From Candidatus Bathyarchaeota archaeon (lineage in GTDB: Archaea > Thermoproteota > Bathyarchaeia > Bathyarchaeales > Bathycorpusculaceae), in NCBI GenBank assembly GCA_963775465.1, contig CAVZIW010000003.1, positions 224,001 through 288,000 of the forward strand: DNA of 64,000 nucleotides, in the 5' to 3' direction. Made by a program: the position numbers and the translations under genes. A model generated the notes under the pieces. That model was not told where the DNA came from and ran no database searches. It saw only the letters and a program-made list of their open reading frames with translations. Shown here one piece after another: positions 1-10,033 of this stretch; position 1 is the first letter of the stretch, and the number at the start of each line of letters is the position of its first letter.

Positions 1-254
1 TTGCGTTCTGCTTGGTATCGTGGAACCCATTGATAGTCAAAAACTGGATAATCGCGTTTGCCTTTTTGCCTGCATGCTATCGTATATAGATGTCCCAATG
101 CTGGAACCACCACGATTTTGCCTTTGTTATACGCTTGATAATTGGGTACGCTATTAGTGATTATTTTTTTCGCTTTTCCATTTTCATCTAGGGCATTTGC
201 TATTTTGTTCGCTGCATCAGGCTTTTCAGTAATAATAAGCGTGTATTTTTCCAA
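1..254 (-). CDS. topA: DNA topoisomerase IA, N-terminal TOPRIM part (runs off window edge; alternative ATG at 278)
   Basis: Manual translation MEKYTLIITEKPDAANKIANAL...VVPALGHLYTI has the TOPRIM EKP and GHL motifs. Absent from the ORF track. Confidence 0.9.
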   Translation of the reverse strand, partial: MEKYTLIITEKPDAANKIANALDENGKAKKIITNSVPNYQAYNKGKIVVVPALGHLYTIACRQKGKRDYPVFDYQWVPRYQAER

Positions 255-399
255 AGACTCAGCAGACGCACTTGGCATTTCAAAAGAAAACAATCATCAC
301 AAGTATTAAAGTAACTTTTCTCTATCCAGCCAAGTTAAGGCTTAATTATAAAGCAATCAATAAATATTCCATACTCTTCTATATGGCGGGGGATTTGAG

Positions 400-570
400 A
401 TGCCGCAACGCGTAATTTGCCATGGTTGCAGTCATATTTTATATGAAGGAAATGAGCTAAAACCGCCTGACGAAGTTATTACCCTAAATGGCGGAAAATG
501 TCCGAAGTGTAATAGAAAACTTTCTTTGTTGCCCATTGGTGTAGAAGTTAAACCAGTTAACAAGCGTTGA
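400..570 (+). CDS. 56-aa zinc-ribbon microprotein
   Basis: MPQRVICHGCSHILYEGNELKPPDEVITLNGGKCPKCNRKLS... has two CxxC pairs. GGGGGA lies upstream and the TGA overlaps the next TTG start. Confidence 0.8.
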   Translation: MPQRVICHGCSHILYEGNELKPPDEVITLNGGKCPKCNRKLSLLPIGVEVKPVNKR

Positions 571-1271
571 AACCTACCTTGGATAATCAGCCTGCAGTAT
601 CCTTAGGTTTGTCAGTTGAAACTCATTGGGAGACAGCCGCTAAAACCAAAATGGGCAAGTATTTAACTAAACTTGAAACAGCCTTTATCAATAAATCTGT
701 AATGCTTGACAAAGAAAATTTGACTGTGATGGATGTTGGCGCCGAAGCAGGACGTTTTTCCCTTATGGCATCAAACCACAATGCAACTGTGGTGAGTGTC
801 GATGTCGATTCTTACGCACTTAAAAGACTCAAACTCAAAGACAAACAAATCAATATTATTCAAGCTGATGCGCGAAAACTTCCGCTAAGAGACGGTCTTT
901 TCGATGTTGTTTTCATGATTGAAGTGCTAGATTATATTCCTGAACTGCAAGAAGCTTTGTTGGAGTGCAAACGTACGTTAAAAAATAACGCCTCTAGTAT
1001 TCTCTCTTTCGGTAACAAGTCAAGTCTTAAAGCAAAACTGAAATCGATCAAAGGAAAATCTTATCGACACAACTACCGAGAAGTAATAGAATGCTTATCC
1101 GAAACAGGGTTTACAATGAACATGAAAACTGGTTACAGCTGGTTGCCTTTTGGAAGGACTTCTCAAAATCAACTGATTCCTATTTTGGCAGGTGTTGAGC
1201 GATTTTTTGGGTTAAGACGAATTGTTAGGTTTAGTCCCTGGGTTATTATGTATGTAACTAAATCGTCTTAA
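567..1271 (+). CDS. Class I SAM-dependent methyltransferase
   Basis: VMDVGAEAGRFS (motif I variant), VSVDVD, QADARKLP, FDVVFMIEVLDYI. Confidence 0.85.
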   Translation: MKPTLDNQPAVSLGLSVETHWETAAKTKMGKYLTKLETAFINKSVMLDKENLTVMDVGAEAGRFSLMASNHNATVVSVDVDSYALKRLKLKDKQINIIQADARKLPLRDGLFDVVFMIEVLDYIPELQEALLECKRTLKNNASSILSFGNKSSLKAKLKSIKGKSYRHNYREVIECLSETGFTMNMKTGYSWLPFGRTSQNQLIPILAGVERFFGLRRIVRFSPWVIMYVTKSS

Positions 1272-1360
1272 TTGCTTGAGCCTTCTTCATGGGTTTTGGA
1301 AAGCCATAAATAAATCGCCAATGTGTAAAATACACACAATCGGAAAATACAGAGAAAGAG

Positions 1361-3664
1361 ATGGCTAAAGTGGGGGACTCAGTTAAGGAACGACTCGGTA
1401 ATAGCTTGTCTATTTTTAGCGGATTACGTATTCAGGTAAGTCACGGAACAATCATAGCTTATTCAGCGTTAATTCTAATTTTCTTTATTGCCTTCACAAT
1501 ACGTATTTTGCCGCTGCGATGGGAAAACCTCTCAGGAGGCACTGCTCTTCTAAATGAGTTTGACCCATACTATCAATTCAGCATAACCCAACACATGGTT
1601 AACGACGGGTTACTATCACCTTATTGGCCAACTCATTGGATAAACACCATGAAATGGTTCCCCGATGGCTTAGACATGTCTACTTCACTTCCAGCTCTGC
1701 CAATGACTGCAGCGGCACTCTACCAAATCTTCTCAGTGTTTGGAGCAAACATTGATTTAATGACATTCACTTCAATACTTCCAGCTGCAATAGCCGTAGT
1801 TTCCTGTTTCATACTCTATCTAGTCGGCAAAGACATGGGTGGACGAACTGTTGGTCTATTCTCGGCGCTATTTCTTGCCTTGGCACCATCGTTTTTACAA
1901 AGAAGTTCTCTGGGATTTTTCGACACTGAAGTCCCCGGTGTACTTGGACTAGTTCTTTTCATTTTCTTGTTCCTTAGGTCATTAGACGGTAATCGAACTT
2001 TGCGCGGATCCATAATGTACTCATTAGGTGCAGCAGCAGCATTAGGATATTTCATCGCAGGATGGGGAGCAGCTTACTACTTGATTGGCCTATCAGTACT
2101 ATTTGTTTTCGTCTTAGTTCTTCTTCGAAGATACAGCCAAAGAATGCTTATCAACTATAGCATAACTTTCGGACTTGCACTTTTTATAGGAACAAAAGTC
2201 CCGTACATATCACTTAGTTACCTCATTTCAGGTGCTGTTCTGCCCGTGGCGGCAATGTTTATCGTGCTTATAGTTGCAGAAATACTGCGTAATAACATCT
2301 CCATGAGAACAAAACTCTCCCTTGCAATAGGTACTATGATTGCAATAATTGCTGGATTTGCCGCCCTATCCCTAACAGGCTTAATGGGTAGCATCGCCGG
2401 AAAATTCATAACGGTTATTGACCCCTTCATCAGAGCATCAAACCCACTCGTTGATTCAGTAGCTGAACAAAGAATTTCAGCTTGGGGAAACATCTACATC
2501 GAACTAGGCATCAGTATACTCTTCTTTTTGGTTGGTCTATATTTCACATTGCGAAATCCAACCAACCGCAACATCTTCTTCCTGCTTTTTGCTGCAACAT
2601 CGCTTTACTTCGCAACATCCATGGTCCGATTGCTAGTGCTTTTCGCACCGGCATTTGCGATAATAGCAAGTATCGGAATCATTGGAACGCTTAAACCATT
2701 TTTCACATTGCTCCAGGAAGCACCAAGAACATTAGCAAAATCAAAACGCAAGTTGGCGCGCGTAAGCAAAGAATACAGCGGTGTAGCCGTATTTCTTTTA
2801 TTTATGATTCTTGTAACGAACTTTGCGTTTTCACCCCAAACAGGCGGAATGCCAAGAGTAGTTGATCAAGCATTCATACCTTTAGCAATCAGTGGTTCTA
2901 GTCTTCCCGTTGGCGGAGCGAACCTCAACGCGCCAGTAGGGACATGGCTGGAAGCAGTTAACTGGCTAAAGGAAAACGTTCCTTCAACCACCGCAGTGGT
3001 AATGTGGTGGGACTATGGCAACTGGCTAAGTGACCTAGGAAACGTAACTAGTTTAGCCGATAATACAACAGTGAATGCTACACAAATACAGAACGTTGGA
3101 TTCACTTTCATGGGTACCGAAAACCAATCTCTAGCAATGCTTAGCGGCTATGGACAAGACCGAGTCAAATACATCGCCGTCTTTACAGTGCTCCAAATAT
3201 CTCAGCAGGATAGTTCAACCTATGTTGCAAGCCCAGCTGGATACGGAGATGAAGGCAAATGGGTATGGATGGCAAGAATCTCAGGACAAGGAGCAGAACG
3301 ATTAGTAGAACAAGGATACATAACTAACGGAACCATGTGGACTGATGAAACTGCATTCGGTGCCACTAATCCAACGACAGGTAGATTTGAATGGAATGAC
3401 CGCGGCTTGAATTGTACTGTCTTTGAATTAATGAACTACGCTGAAGTACAATATGCCAACACTGTAACAGCTGCACTTAGCTCACAAGGAGTATCAGTAA
3501 TACCTGACCAAACAACTACTGAACCAAAATACTTCCAGATGGCAGAATTTGCGGGCATAAACGCATCACCCTACCAATATGGCGGACTAATCCCACTCGT
3601 TGCTATCTACTCAATTGACTGGGCATCATACAACGCAGACAATGGCATAACTCCTCCAACTTAG
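1361..3664 (+). CDS. aglB: Oligosaccharyltransferase AglB (STT3 family)
   Basis: EFDPYY, GFFDTE, SVAEQ, WWDYG, DNTTVN and DEGKWVWM (DK motif); many TM helices. Confidence 0.97.
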   Translation: MAKVGDSVKERLGNSLSIFSGLRIQVSHGTIIAYSALILIFFIAFTIRILPLRWENLSGGTALLNEFDPYYQFSITQHMVNDGLLSPYWPTHWINTMKWFPDGLDMSTSLPALPMTAAALYQIFSVFGANIDLMTFTSILPAAIAVVSCFILYLVGKDMGGRTVGLFSALFLALAPSFLQRSSLGFFDTEVPGVLGLVLFIFLFLRSLDGNRTLRGSIMYSLGAAAALGYFIAGWGAAYYLIGLSVLFVFVLVLLRRYSQRMLINYSITFGLALFIGTKVPYISLSYLISGAVLPVAAMFIVLIVAEILRNNISMRTKLSLAIGTMIAIIAGFAALSLTGLMGSIAGKFITVIDPFIRASNPLVDSVAEQRISAWGNIYIELGISILFFLVGLYFTLRNPTNRNIFFLLFAATSLYFATSMVRLLVLFAPAFAIIASIGIIGTLKPFFTLLQEAPRTLAKSKRKLARVSKEYSGVAVFLLFMILVTNFAFSPQTGGMPRVVDQAFIPLAISGSSLPVGGANLNAPVGTWLEAVNWLKENVPSTTAVVMWWDYGNWLSDLGNVTSLADNTTVNATQIQNVGFTFMGTENQSLAMLSGYGQDRVKYIAVFTVLQISQQDSSTYVASPAGYGDEGKWVWMARISGQGAERLVEQGYITNGTMWTDETAFGATNPTTGRFEWNDRGLNCTVFELMNYAEVQYANTVTAALSSQGVSVIPDQTTTEPKYFQMAEFAGINASPYQYGGLIPLVAIYSIDWASYNADNGITPPT

Positions 3665-3678
3665 GCAGGAAGAAAACC

Positions 3679-4578
3679 TTGGTATTTCCAAAGGTTCCCG
3701 ACCAGCACAAAGTTGGACGACCTTTAATACCAAATGGTTTAGGCGCTATCTACGTCATAGCCACAATAGTCTATCTTTTCTCGATTTACTTCTTAAATAG
3801 AGTCTTTACTTTGGGGATAGATGCCTCAATAAACAGCGTTTCTGCCGCCTTGACACTTGCAGTTTGCATCCTGTTCGGAGGCTTCATGGGACTTCTCGAT
3901 GATTTTATGGATTTGAAATGGCGATACAAAGCCTTCATGCCGCTGATTGCAGCCCTGCCTTTAATGTATTACGTTTTTGAGGGTCTCCAAACTGGGGCCA
4001 TAAGGACTTCTATATCACTTCCATTTCTGGGAACTATACCTTTTGGAGCCTACTACGTTTTCCTTATAGTCCCCCTAATTGTAATGATTGTCACAAACAC
4101 CGTTAATCAGCTCGGCGGCTTGAACGGGCTAGAAACCATTTGCCCAGCCATAGTTATTTTGGGGTTGATTGCTCTTTCCCCTTCCCCCTCATACATTCTT
4201 ATGATTGGACCCTTAATTTTCTGGTTATTTCTCGCTTATTTTAACGTAAGAGGCAAAATTTTTGTAGGTAACACAGGCTCTTTTGCAATAGGAATAAGTA
4301 TTGCATCTTTCGCTGTAATTTCTGACTTAAAAGTTGACTTGTTAATCTCGATTTTGCCTTTCATTTTCAACTCTTCAATTATACTTCTCTCAGTCTTTTT
4401 CGTCAACAAAAAAGCTTCAGTTACCTTTGACGGAAAAAAACTCTGCTCAGACAGCAGAAAAAGTCTAGTCACCACCATAACTTACCGCCGTCCTTTAACA
4501 GAACGACGAATTGTTCAAATAATCGCTGGCATTGTGGCACTCTTTACCCTTTTAGGAGCCGTAATTCAGTTACTTTAA
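3679..4578 (+). CDS. Polyprenyl-phosphate N-acetylhexosamine-1-phosphate transferase (MraY/AglH/Alg7 family)
   Basis: DQHK..IP.GLG, GLLDD, NTVNQLGGLNGLE, IFVGNTGS; multi-TM; directly after aglB. Confidence 0.88.
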   Translation: MVFPKVPDQHKVGRPLIPNGLGAIYVIATIVYLFSIYFLNRVFTLGIDASINSVSAALTLAVCILFGGFMGLLDDFMDLKWRYKAFMPLIAALPLMYYVFEGLQTGAIRTSISLPFLGTIPFGAYYVFLIVPLIVMIVTNTVNQLGGLNGLETICPAIVILGLIALSPSPSYILMIGPLIFWLFLAYFNVRGKIFVGNTGSFAIGISIASFAVISDLKVDLLISILPFIFNSSIILLSVFFVNKKASVTFDGKKLCSDSRKSLVTTITYRRPLTERRIVQIIAGIVALFTLLGAVIQLL

Positions 4579-4782
4579 GTATAAGCCACTATATTGAGGC
4601 TTAACTTTCAGTCTATCGATAAAACGGCACACGTAATAATTGTTAAGCAACCAAGACAGCACAAATTTCCAGATAATAATTCTTTTTATATTGTTTGTGA
4701 TTTGTTTTACAGTCATGATTAACGCACAAGCATTTACAGGTATTAGGACTTTCATTTTCTTAGAGGAGAGCGCCTTTATCTT

Positions 4783-6087
4783 TTGACCTTGGATTCTGCT
4801 TTTTCTTCCAAGGTGCATAGGTCATCTTGGGTTAGTTCAGTTCTCCCTTTTAACATCGCATTAGGCCCTGTAAGCACTCTTGTTCAGTTGTTGATATTAA
4901 ACTTCAACGGAACCGTAGTGGAGGTTGGATTGGCGCTAACCTTGTTTAACGCTGTAAGTATTCCAGCTGCTTTGTTCTGGGGTTTAGTAACGGACCGCTT
5001 TCAACAGCGTCGTCGAATGATTTTAGCTAGTTTCTTGGTAACACCTTTACTTTTAACATTGTTTCTCATTGCTAGAACGAGTTATTCGATTTCTTTCTTG
5101 TATGCATTATTATCTTTCGCCACTGCTGCTTCCACTACTCCACTAAACCTGCTTGTTATGGAAACAGAACAAAAATCTAAGTGGGCTTTAGCCTTCGCAA
5201 GATTTTCCATGATCGTAACAATAGGACAAACGCTTGGTCTGCTTTTAGGTATGGTGTGGACATTCTATATTCCTTTAGATTTATTGGTAATTCCCTTAGC
5301 TGTTTCATCCTTGATTTCAGCTGGGATGGCAGCATTTCTGATTAAAGAACCTAAAATCGTTTTTGAACGCCAAGTCTTGGTTATGCATAAACAAAGTTTT
5401 TTCCATAGGCTCCGTCATTCTCCATACTTATTTCTAAAAATTCCTCAGCACAGGGATTTTAGGAGTGTATTTAGGCATCTTCGGCATGTGCTCATCAGAC
5501 ACACTCCTCTTCTTTATCTTGCCATTTTTGCTTTCTTCTTATCCGCTGGCATCTTTAATACTTCCCTGGTTCCGGCATTAGACTCTATCGGGGTCTCCAA
5601 TTTATTGATTTTCTCCGTGATAATGTTAGGTATGATCGTTCAGATCATTTCGTTTAAATTTGCTGGACCGTACACTGAGAAAAAATCGCCGGTTAAAAGC
5701 GCTATTTGGGGGCTATTACTCAGAGCTGTTGCATATGGTTTGATAGGCGTCTTTGCCTACTTCTTAACTGGTTTTTCGTTTTTACTTGTTGTCTTGATTT
5801 TTTACCCTTTAGCCTCTGGAGTGGCTTATTCAATTTACTATACCGCTTCAAACACTTTGATTTTTTACTCGCTCAGTCCACGACGAAACGGGTCGTCTTT
5901 GGGAGTTTACAGCGCTTTAGCAGGAGCAGCAACTATGTTAGGTTCTTTCTCTTCAGGATTCTTATCGTATTACGGCGGGTTCTATTTAACATTCAGCATT
6001 TCTGCTGTGTGCTTGGTAGTTTCCGCTTGGCTGCTATCATTAATCAATCGTTCAGTTGCAGAACTTGAAACAATTAATTCTGGCTGA
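4783..6087 (+). CDS. MFS transporter
   Basis: About 12 hydrophobic segments; motif A-like WGLVTDRFQQRR. Confidence 0.85.
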   Translation: MTLDSAFSSKVHRSSWVSSVLPFNIALGPVSTLVQLLILNFNGTVVEVGLALTLFNAVSIPAALFWGLVTDRFQQRRRMILASFLVTPLLLTLFLIARTSYSISFLYALLSFATAASTTPLNLLVMETEQKSKWALAFARFSMIVTIGQTLGLLLGMVWTFYIPLDLLVIPLAVSSLISAGMAAFLIKEPKIVFERQVLVMHKQSFFHRLRHSPYLFLKIPQHRDFRSVFRHLRHVLIRHTPLLYLAIFAFFLSAGIFNTSLVPALDSIGVSNLLIFSVIMLGMIVQIISFKFAGPYTEKKSPVKSAIWGLLLRAVAYGLIGVFAYFLTGFSFLLVVLIFYPLASGVAYSIYYTASNTLIFYSLSPRRNGSSLGVYSALAGAATMLGSFSSGFLSYYGGFYLTFSISAVCLVVSAWLLSLINRSVAELETINSG

Positions 6088-6156
6088 TTTTTATATTATT
6101 TGTTCGCTCAACATATGAATAAACTACGTTCAAAAATTCAATAATAGCCAATAAGT

Positions 6157-6171
6157 ACGATGAATCATCGT
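6157..6171. promoter_or_regulatory. Perfect 7-1-7 inverted repeat upstream of moeA pair
   Basis: ACGATGA-A-TCATCGT in the intergenic region; function inferred only. Confidence 0.3.
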
Positions 6172-6316
6172 TATGAAAGAATATTTTTAGACTTTTCGCA
6201 GCTACCTACGATACCACCATTTTGTATTTTCAATTTGTTTCGCAATCAGACGCACACACAAAAATTGCAGCGCCATTTGTTCGATATGTTTTTTACGGTA
6301 AATCGCTAGTGCTAAT

Positions 6317-7567
6317 GTGGGAACAGTTTTGGTGAAACTCAAAGGCTTCCAAAAACTAACTCTAACTGACCAAGCAATGCAAAGTTGGTTTGACGAACTG
6401 CAACTTGGTAAACCTAAAGTAGCAAAAGTTACTTTACAGAATGCCCTAAGTAGAATTTTAGTTGAAGATCTAATTGCACAAGAAGATTTGCCTCGTTTTG
6501 ACAAGTCAGCCATGGATGGCTACGCTGTTAAAGCAGGAAATTTGGTTGGCGCAACTCAATTTAAACCTGTGATTCTCCAGTTAACCGACGCAGAACAAGT
6601 CGGAGTTAACGAAGCTAAGCAGGTTTGGACAGGAAATCCAATTCCCCACGGTGCAGATGCCGTAATTATGATTGAAAACACTCAAAAACATGAAGGGCGA
6701 TTGAATGTTGGCAGTCAACTTGCCCCGGGAGATAACATTTCAAAAAGAGGAGAAGACGTCAAGAAAGGCGATGCTGTAGCTAAAGCAGGCACACGATTGA
6801 ACCCTTACCACATCGGTATGGCAGCAGCATTAGGTTACACTTATCTTAAAGTTGCCCAGAAACCCAAAGTGGCCATCTTGCCCACAGGCAACGAACTCGC
6901 TGAATTGGGCACGGAACGCAAAACAAACCAAATTTACGATTCAAACAAAACCATGATTTCAACAATGTGCAATGAAATAGGTGCAGAAACAGTTGATTGC
7001 GGTTTGGCAAAAGACAACCTTGATGAAATCACCGAGAAAATCCAGAGCGGCCTAAAAAGTAACGACGCAATAATTACCACAGGAGGAACAAGCGTTGGCG
7101 GATTAGACTTGTTGCCTGAAGCAGTTAACAGATTAGGAAAACCGGGGGTAATTATTCATGGAGTTGCATTGCGTCCTGCCATGCCCACCGCCCTTGCGGT
7201 TTTAGATGAAAAACCAGTGCTGATTCTTTCAGGCAATCCAGTGGCCGCAGTAATTGGATTCGAAGTATTCGGCAGACCTCTAATCTGCAAAATGCTTGGA
7301 ATGCCCAAAGAAGAGCCACGTCCCATGGTCTCTGCAAAACTATCAAAAAGAGTAACCAGTGCTCTCGGCAGAAAAACATACATTCGAGTAAAAGTAACCT
7401 TAAAAAACGGCGAATTAATCGCTGAACCCGTAAGTGCAAAAGGCTCAGGTTCAATATCAACAATGACCCAAAGTAACGGTTTTCTAATTGTTCCTGAAAA
7501 TCGAGAAGGAGTTTGCGAAAATGAAACAGTGTTTATCCAGATGTTTAGCAGTTTGGAGTCAGAGTAA
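6317..7567 (+). CDS. moeA: Molybdopterin molybdotransferase MoeA
   Basis: PRFDKSAMDGYAV, TGNPIPHGADAVIMIE, TGNEL, TTGGTSVG, LSGNP. Confidence 0.95.
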   Translation: MGTVLVKLKGFQKLTLTDQAMQSWFDELQLGKPKVAKVTLQNALSRILVEDLIAQEDLPRFDKSAMDGYAVKAGNLVGATQFKPVILQLTDAEQVGVNEAKQVWTGNPIPHGADAVIMIENTQKHEGRLNVGSQLAPGDNISKRGEDVKKGDAVAKAGTRLNPYHIGMAAALGYTYLKVAQKPKVAILPTGNELAELGTERKTNQIYDSNKTMISTMCNEIGAETVDCGLAKDNLDEITEKIQSGLKSNDAIITTGGTSVGGLDLLPEAVNRLGKPGVIIHGVALRPAMPTALAVLDEKPVLILSGNPVAAVIGFEVFGRPLICKMLGMPKEEPRPMVSAKLSKRVTSALGRKTYIRVKVTLKNGELIAEPVSAKGSGSISTMTQSNGFLIVPENREGVCENETVFIQMFSSLESE

Positions 7568-8818
7568 ATGTTTAGAAAACTGTTAACTTTTGATGAAGCA
7601 AGAAAAATCATACAAAACCATTTTAAACCCACATCTCTCGGAGAGGAAGACATCGTGTTGTTGGAAGCATCCAACCGTGTGCTAAGCGAAAACGTGGCCT
7701 CAACTTTAGATATTCCGCCCTTTAACCGTTCAACCGTTGACGGCTACGCTGTTAGAGCTCAAAACACGTTTGGAGCAGACGAAAACTCGCCTGTTTCTTT
7801 AAAGGTGTGCGGTGTTGCCAATGTCGGTGAGCAACCAACCGTCAAGATTGCAGAGGGTGAAACAGTAGAGATTGTCACTGGCGCTCCGATTCCTGTTGGT
7901 GCAGACGCTGTTGTTATGGTTGAAGATACAGAACGAGAGGACAATGAACTCCAAGTTTTTGGTGCTGTTACCGCTAATGAGAATGTAATGAAGAAAGGCT
8001 CAGACATTAAGAAAGGACAATTAATCCTTAAAAAAGGACAATTGTTGGGTTCAAGCGAAATCGGGGTATTAGCAGCTTTAGGTTTAACTTCGGTTAAGGT
8101 GCTTAAAATTCCAATAGTTGCAGTTCTCTCAACGGGCGGTGAAGTAAATGAGCTGGGCAAAGAATTACCTCCCGGAAAAATCTACGACATAAATGCCTAC
8201 AGTGTAAGTACCGCCGTTATCGAAAGTGGAGGAAAACCCGTTTACTTAGGTGCAGTTCCTGATGAAAAAAATGCCTTAACAAAAGCATTGCAAACAGCTT
8301 TGGCTTCTTCGGATATGGTTATTACTTCTGGCGGTGTTTCTGTTGGTCCAAAAGATTACACGCCGCAAATTGTTGATTCATTGGGCAAACCTGGAATCGT
8401 AGTTTACGGAATTGCGGTTAAGCCGGGTAAACCAACTACTGTCGGTTTTGTTGGAGACAAACCGGTGTTCTCGTTGCCTGGTCACCCCACTTCAGCATTA
8501 CTGATTTTTTATTTGCTTGCTAGACCCCTGATTCTGCAATTGGCTGGAAGACCAGTGGGTGGTTTAAAGACGGTCAAAGCAATTGCCGGTTCCCGGATGT
8601 TTAGCGCAAGAGGCAGAAGAACCTTCGTGATGGTCAAATTAGAGTTCGATAAATCTTGTCGCTTGATTGCTGCACCTGTGGAAACCGGCGCTTCTGGCGC
8701 AATTACCACTTTGGCAAACGCCGATGGATTTATAGAAATTGCTGAAAATGAACAGTTTGTAGATGTGGACCAAGAAATTAACGTTTTTCTATTGAAGGGT
8801 TTCGGCAGAGGGGTTTAG
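7568..8818 (+). CDS. moeA: Molybdopterin molybdotransferase MoeA (second paralog)
   Basis: PPFNRSTVDGYAV, TGAPIPVGADAVVMVE, SGGVSVG, KPGKP, LPGHP. Confidence 0.95.
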   Translation: MFRKLLTFDEARKIIQNHFKPTSLGEEDIVLLEASNRVLSENVASTLDIPPFNRSTVDGYAVRAQNTFGADENSPVSLKVCGVANVGEQPTVKIAEGETVEIVTGAPIPVGADAVVMVEDTEREDNELQVFGAVTANENVMKKGSDIKKGQLILKKGQLLGSSEIGVLAALGLTSVKVLKIPIVAVLSTGGEVNELGKELPPGKIYDINAYSVSTAVIESGGKPVYLGAVPDEKNALTKALQTALASSDMVITSGGVSVGPKDYTPQIVDSLGKPGIVVYGIAVKPGKPTTVGFVGDKPVFSLPGHPTSALLIFYLLARPLILQLAGRPVGGLKTVKAIAGSRMFSARGRRTFVMVKLEFDKSCRLIAAPVETGASGAITTLANADGFIEIAENEQFVDVDQEINVFLLKGFGRGV

Positions 8819-9162
8819 CTTCTTCTTTTTAGAAGCATACCGATCGCTACCAACCACGTTAGTATGACTAATGCTATCATGCTTAAAGCAACTGTTATGT
8901 TACTCAACCCAACTGCAAATAGTGTGTAGAGAGAGAAGACTGTGTTAACAATGAATAGAAAAGCAACAAGCCAAGGTGCCCACGCTCTTTTTGTGAAAAG
9001 ACTATAAGCAGTTATTAAACTCGCAATTGCCAGAAACCCTACATGTGGAGGATAACCTGAAAGTGGTAGAGATGCCAGAAAAACTATTCCTGCAATTCCA
9101 AAGAATGCAATGACTGCTAATTCTAAGCGGTTGAAACTCTTGAGTCTTTTTGCAATGGACAT
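8815..9162 (-). CDS. Small four-TM membrane protein, unknown function
   Basis: Four hydrophobic helices with basic termini. Confidence 0.7.
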   Translation of the reverse strand: MSIAKRLKSFNRLELAVIAFFGIAGIVFLASLPLSGYPPHVGFLAIASLITAYSLFTKRAWAPWLVAFLFIVNTVFSLYTLFAVGLSNITVALSMIALVILTWLVAIGMLLKRRS

Positions 9163-9438
9163 GGTTTTTCGCCTTTACCTTAAGCAGTGAATGTTTTGTT
9201 AATAAATTTAATGTATTTGATTTGGCTGACTTATGCCAAAATAGGTTTAATTCGCTTTTGGTTTGTACCTTTTTCCTATAAACCTTACTATTTGCTGAGC
9301 AATGAGAATATGTTTGATGCTGAAGTATTTTGTTTCGGCAAAATTAACTCCGACTATTTATTTTAGTTCAATATGTTTCTTTGATAGCTTGATTTATTTG
9401 TAAATCTACATTATATTAATTAGAAACGAGGGATCGCA

Positions 9439-10032
9439 ATGCCTAAAGAAGAGCTATCTGTCTTAACAATTGGGCACTCTACTAGAACGCTTGAAGAATT
9501 CATTGAACTTCTGGAAGTCTACGGAATCACCTTAGTTGTCGATGTACGAACCGTTCCACATAGCAGACACAATCCCCAGTTTAATAAAGAAGCAATGCCA
9601 GCTAATCTTAAGCCCTGTGGCATTGGTTACATTCATATTCCCGACATCGGTGGTTTTCGGCGCCCTAAACCTAACTCAGTAAACTCAGCTTGGGGAAATG
9701 CTGGTTTTCGCGGATACGCCGATTATATGCAAACTAAAGAGTTTACAGAAAACTTGCTAAAGATCATCGCTCTGGCCAGAGAAAACCGTTTGGTGTTGAT
9801 GTGCGCGGAAGCGTTGCCTTGGAGATGCCACAGAAGTCTAATCAGCGACGCTCTAATTGTTAGGCATATTGACGTTGGACATATTATAAGTAAAACCAGC
9901 ATAATAAAACACAAACTAAACGAATCAGCCTACGTGGAAGGAACAAAAATAACCTATCCACTATACGCCAAAAAAACCCCTCAAAGAAGTCTAAGCGACT
10001 TTGGATCCCATTTCGAACCAAAGAATAAGTGA
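9439..10032 (+). CDS. DUF488 family protein
   Basis: TIGHSTR, VDVRTVPHSRHNPQFN, LMCAEALPWRCHRSLI. Confidence 0.9.
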   Translation: MPKEELSVLTIGHSTRTLEEFIELLEVYGITLVVDVRTVPHSRHNPQFNKEAMPANLKPCGIGYIHIPDIGGFRRPKPNSVNSAWGNAGFRGYADYMQTKEFTENLLKIIALARENRLVLMCAEALPWRCHRSLISDALIVRHIDVGHIISKTSIIKHKLNESAYVEGTKITYPLYAKKTPQRSLSDFGSHFEPKNK

Positions 10033-10033
10033 G

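Noticed and set aside
3662-3681. TAG readthrough fusing aglB to the aglH-like gene
   Set aside because: The two ORFs are in different frames, and no pyrrolysine or selenocysteine machinery is seen.
6317-8818. Tandem moeA duplication as a novelty
   Set aside because: Two MoeA paralogs are common in archaea.
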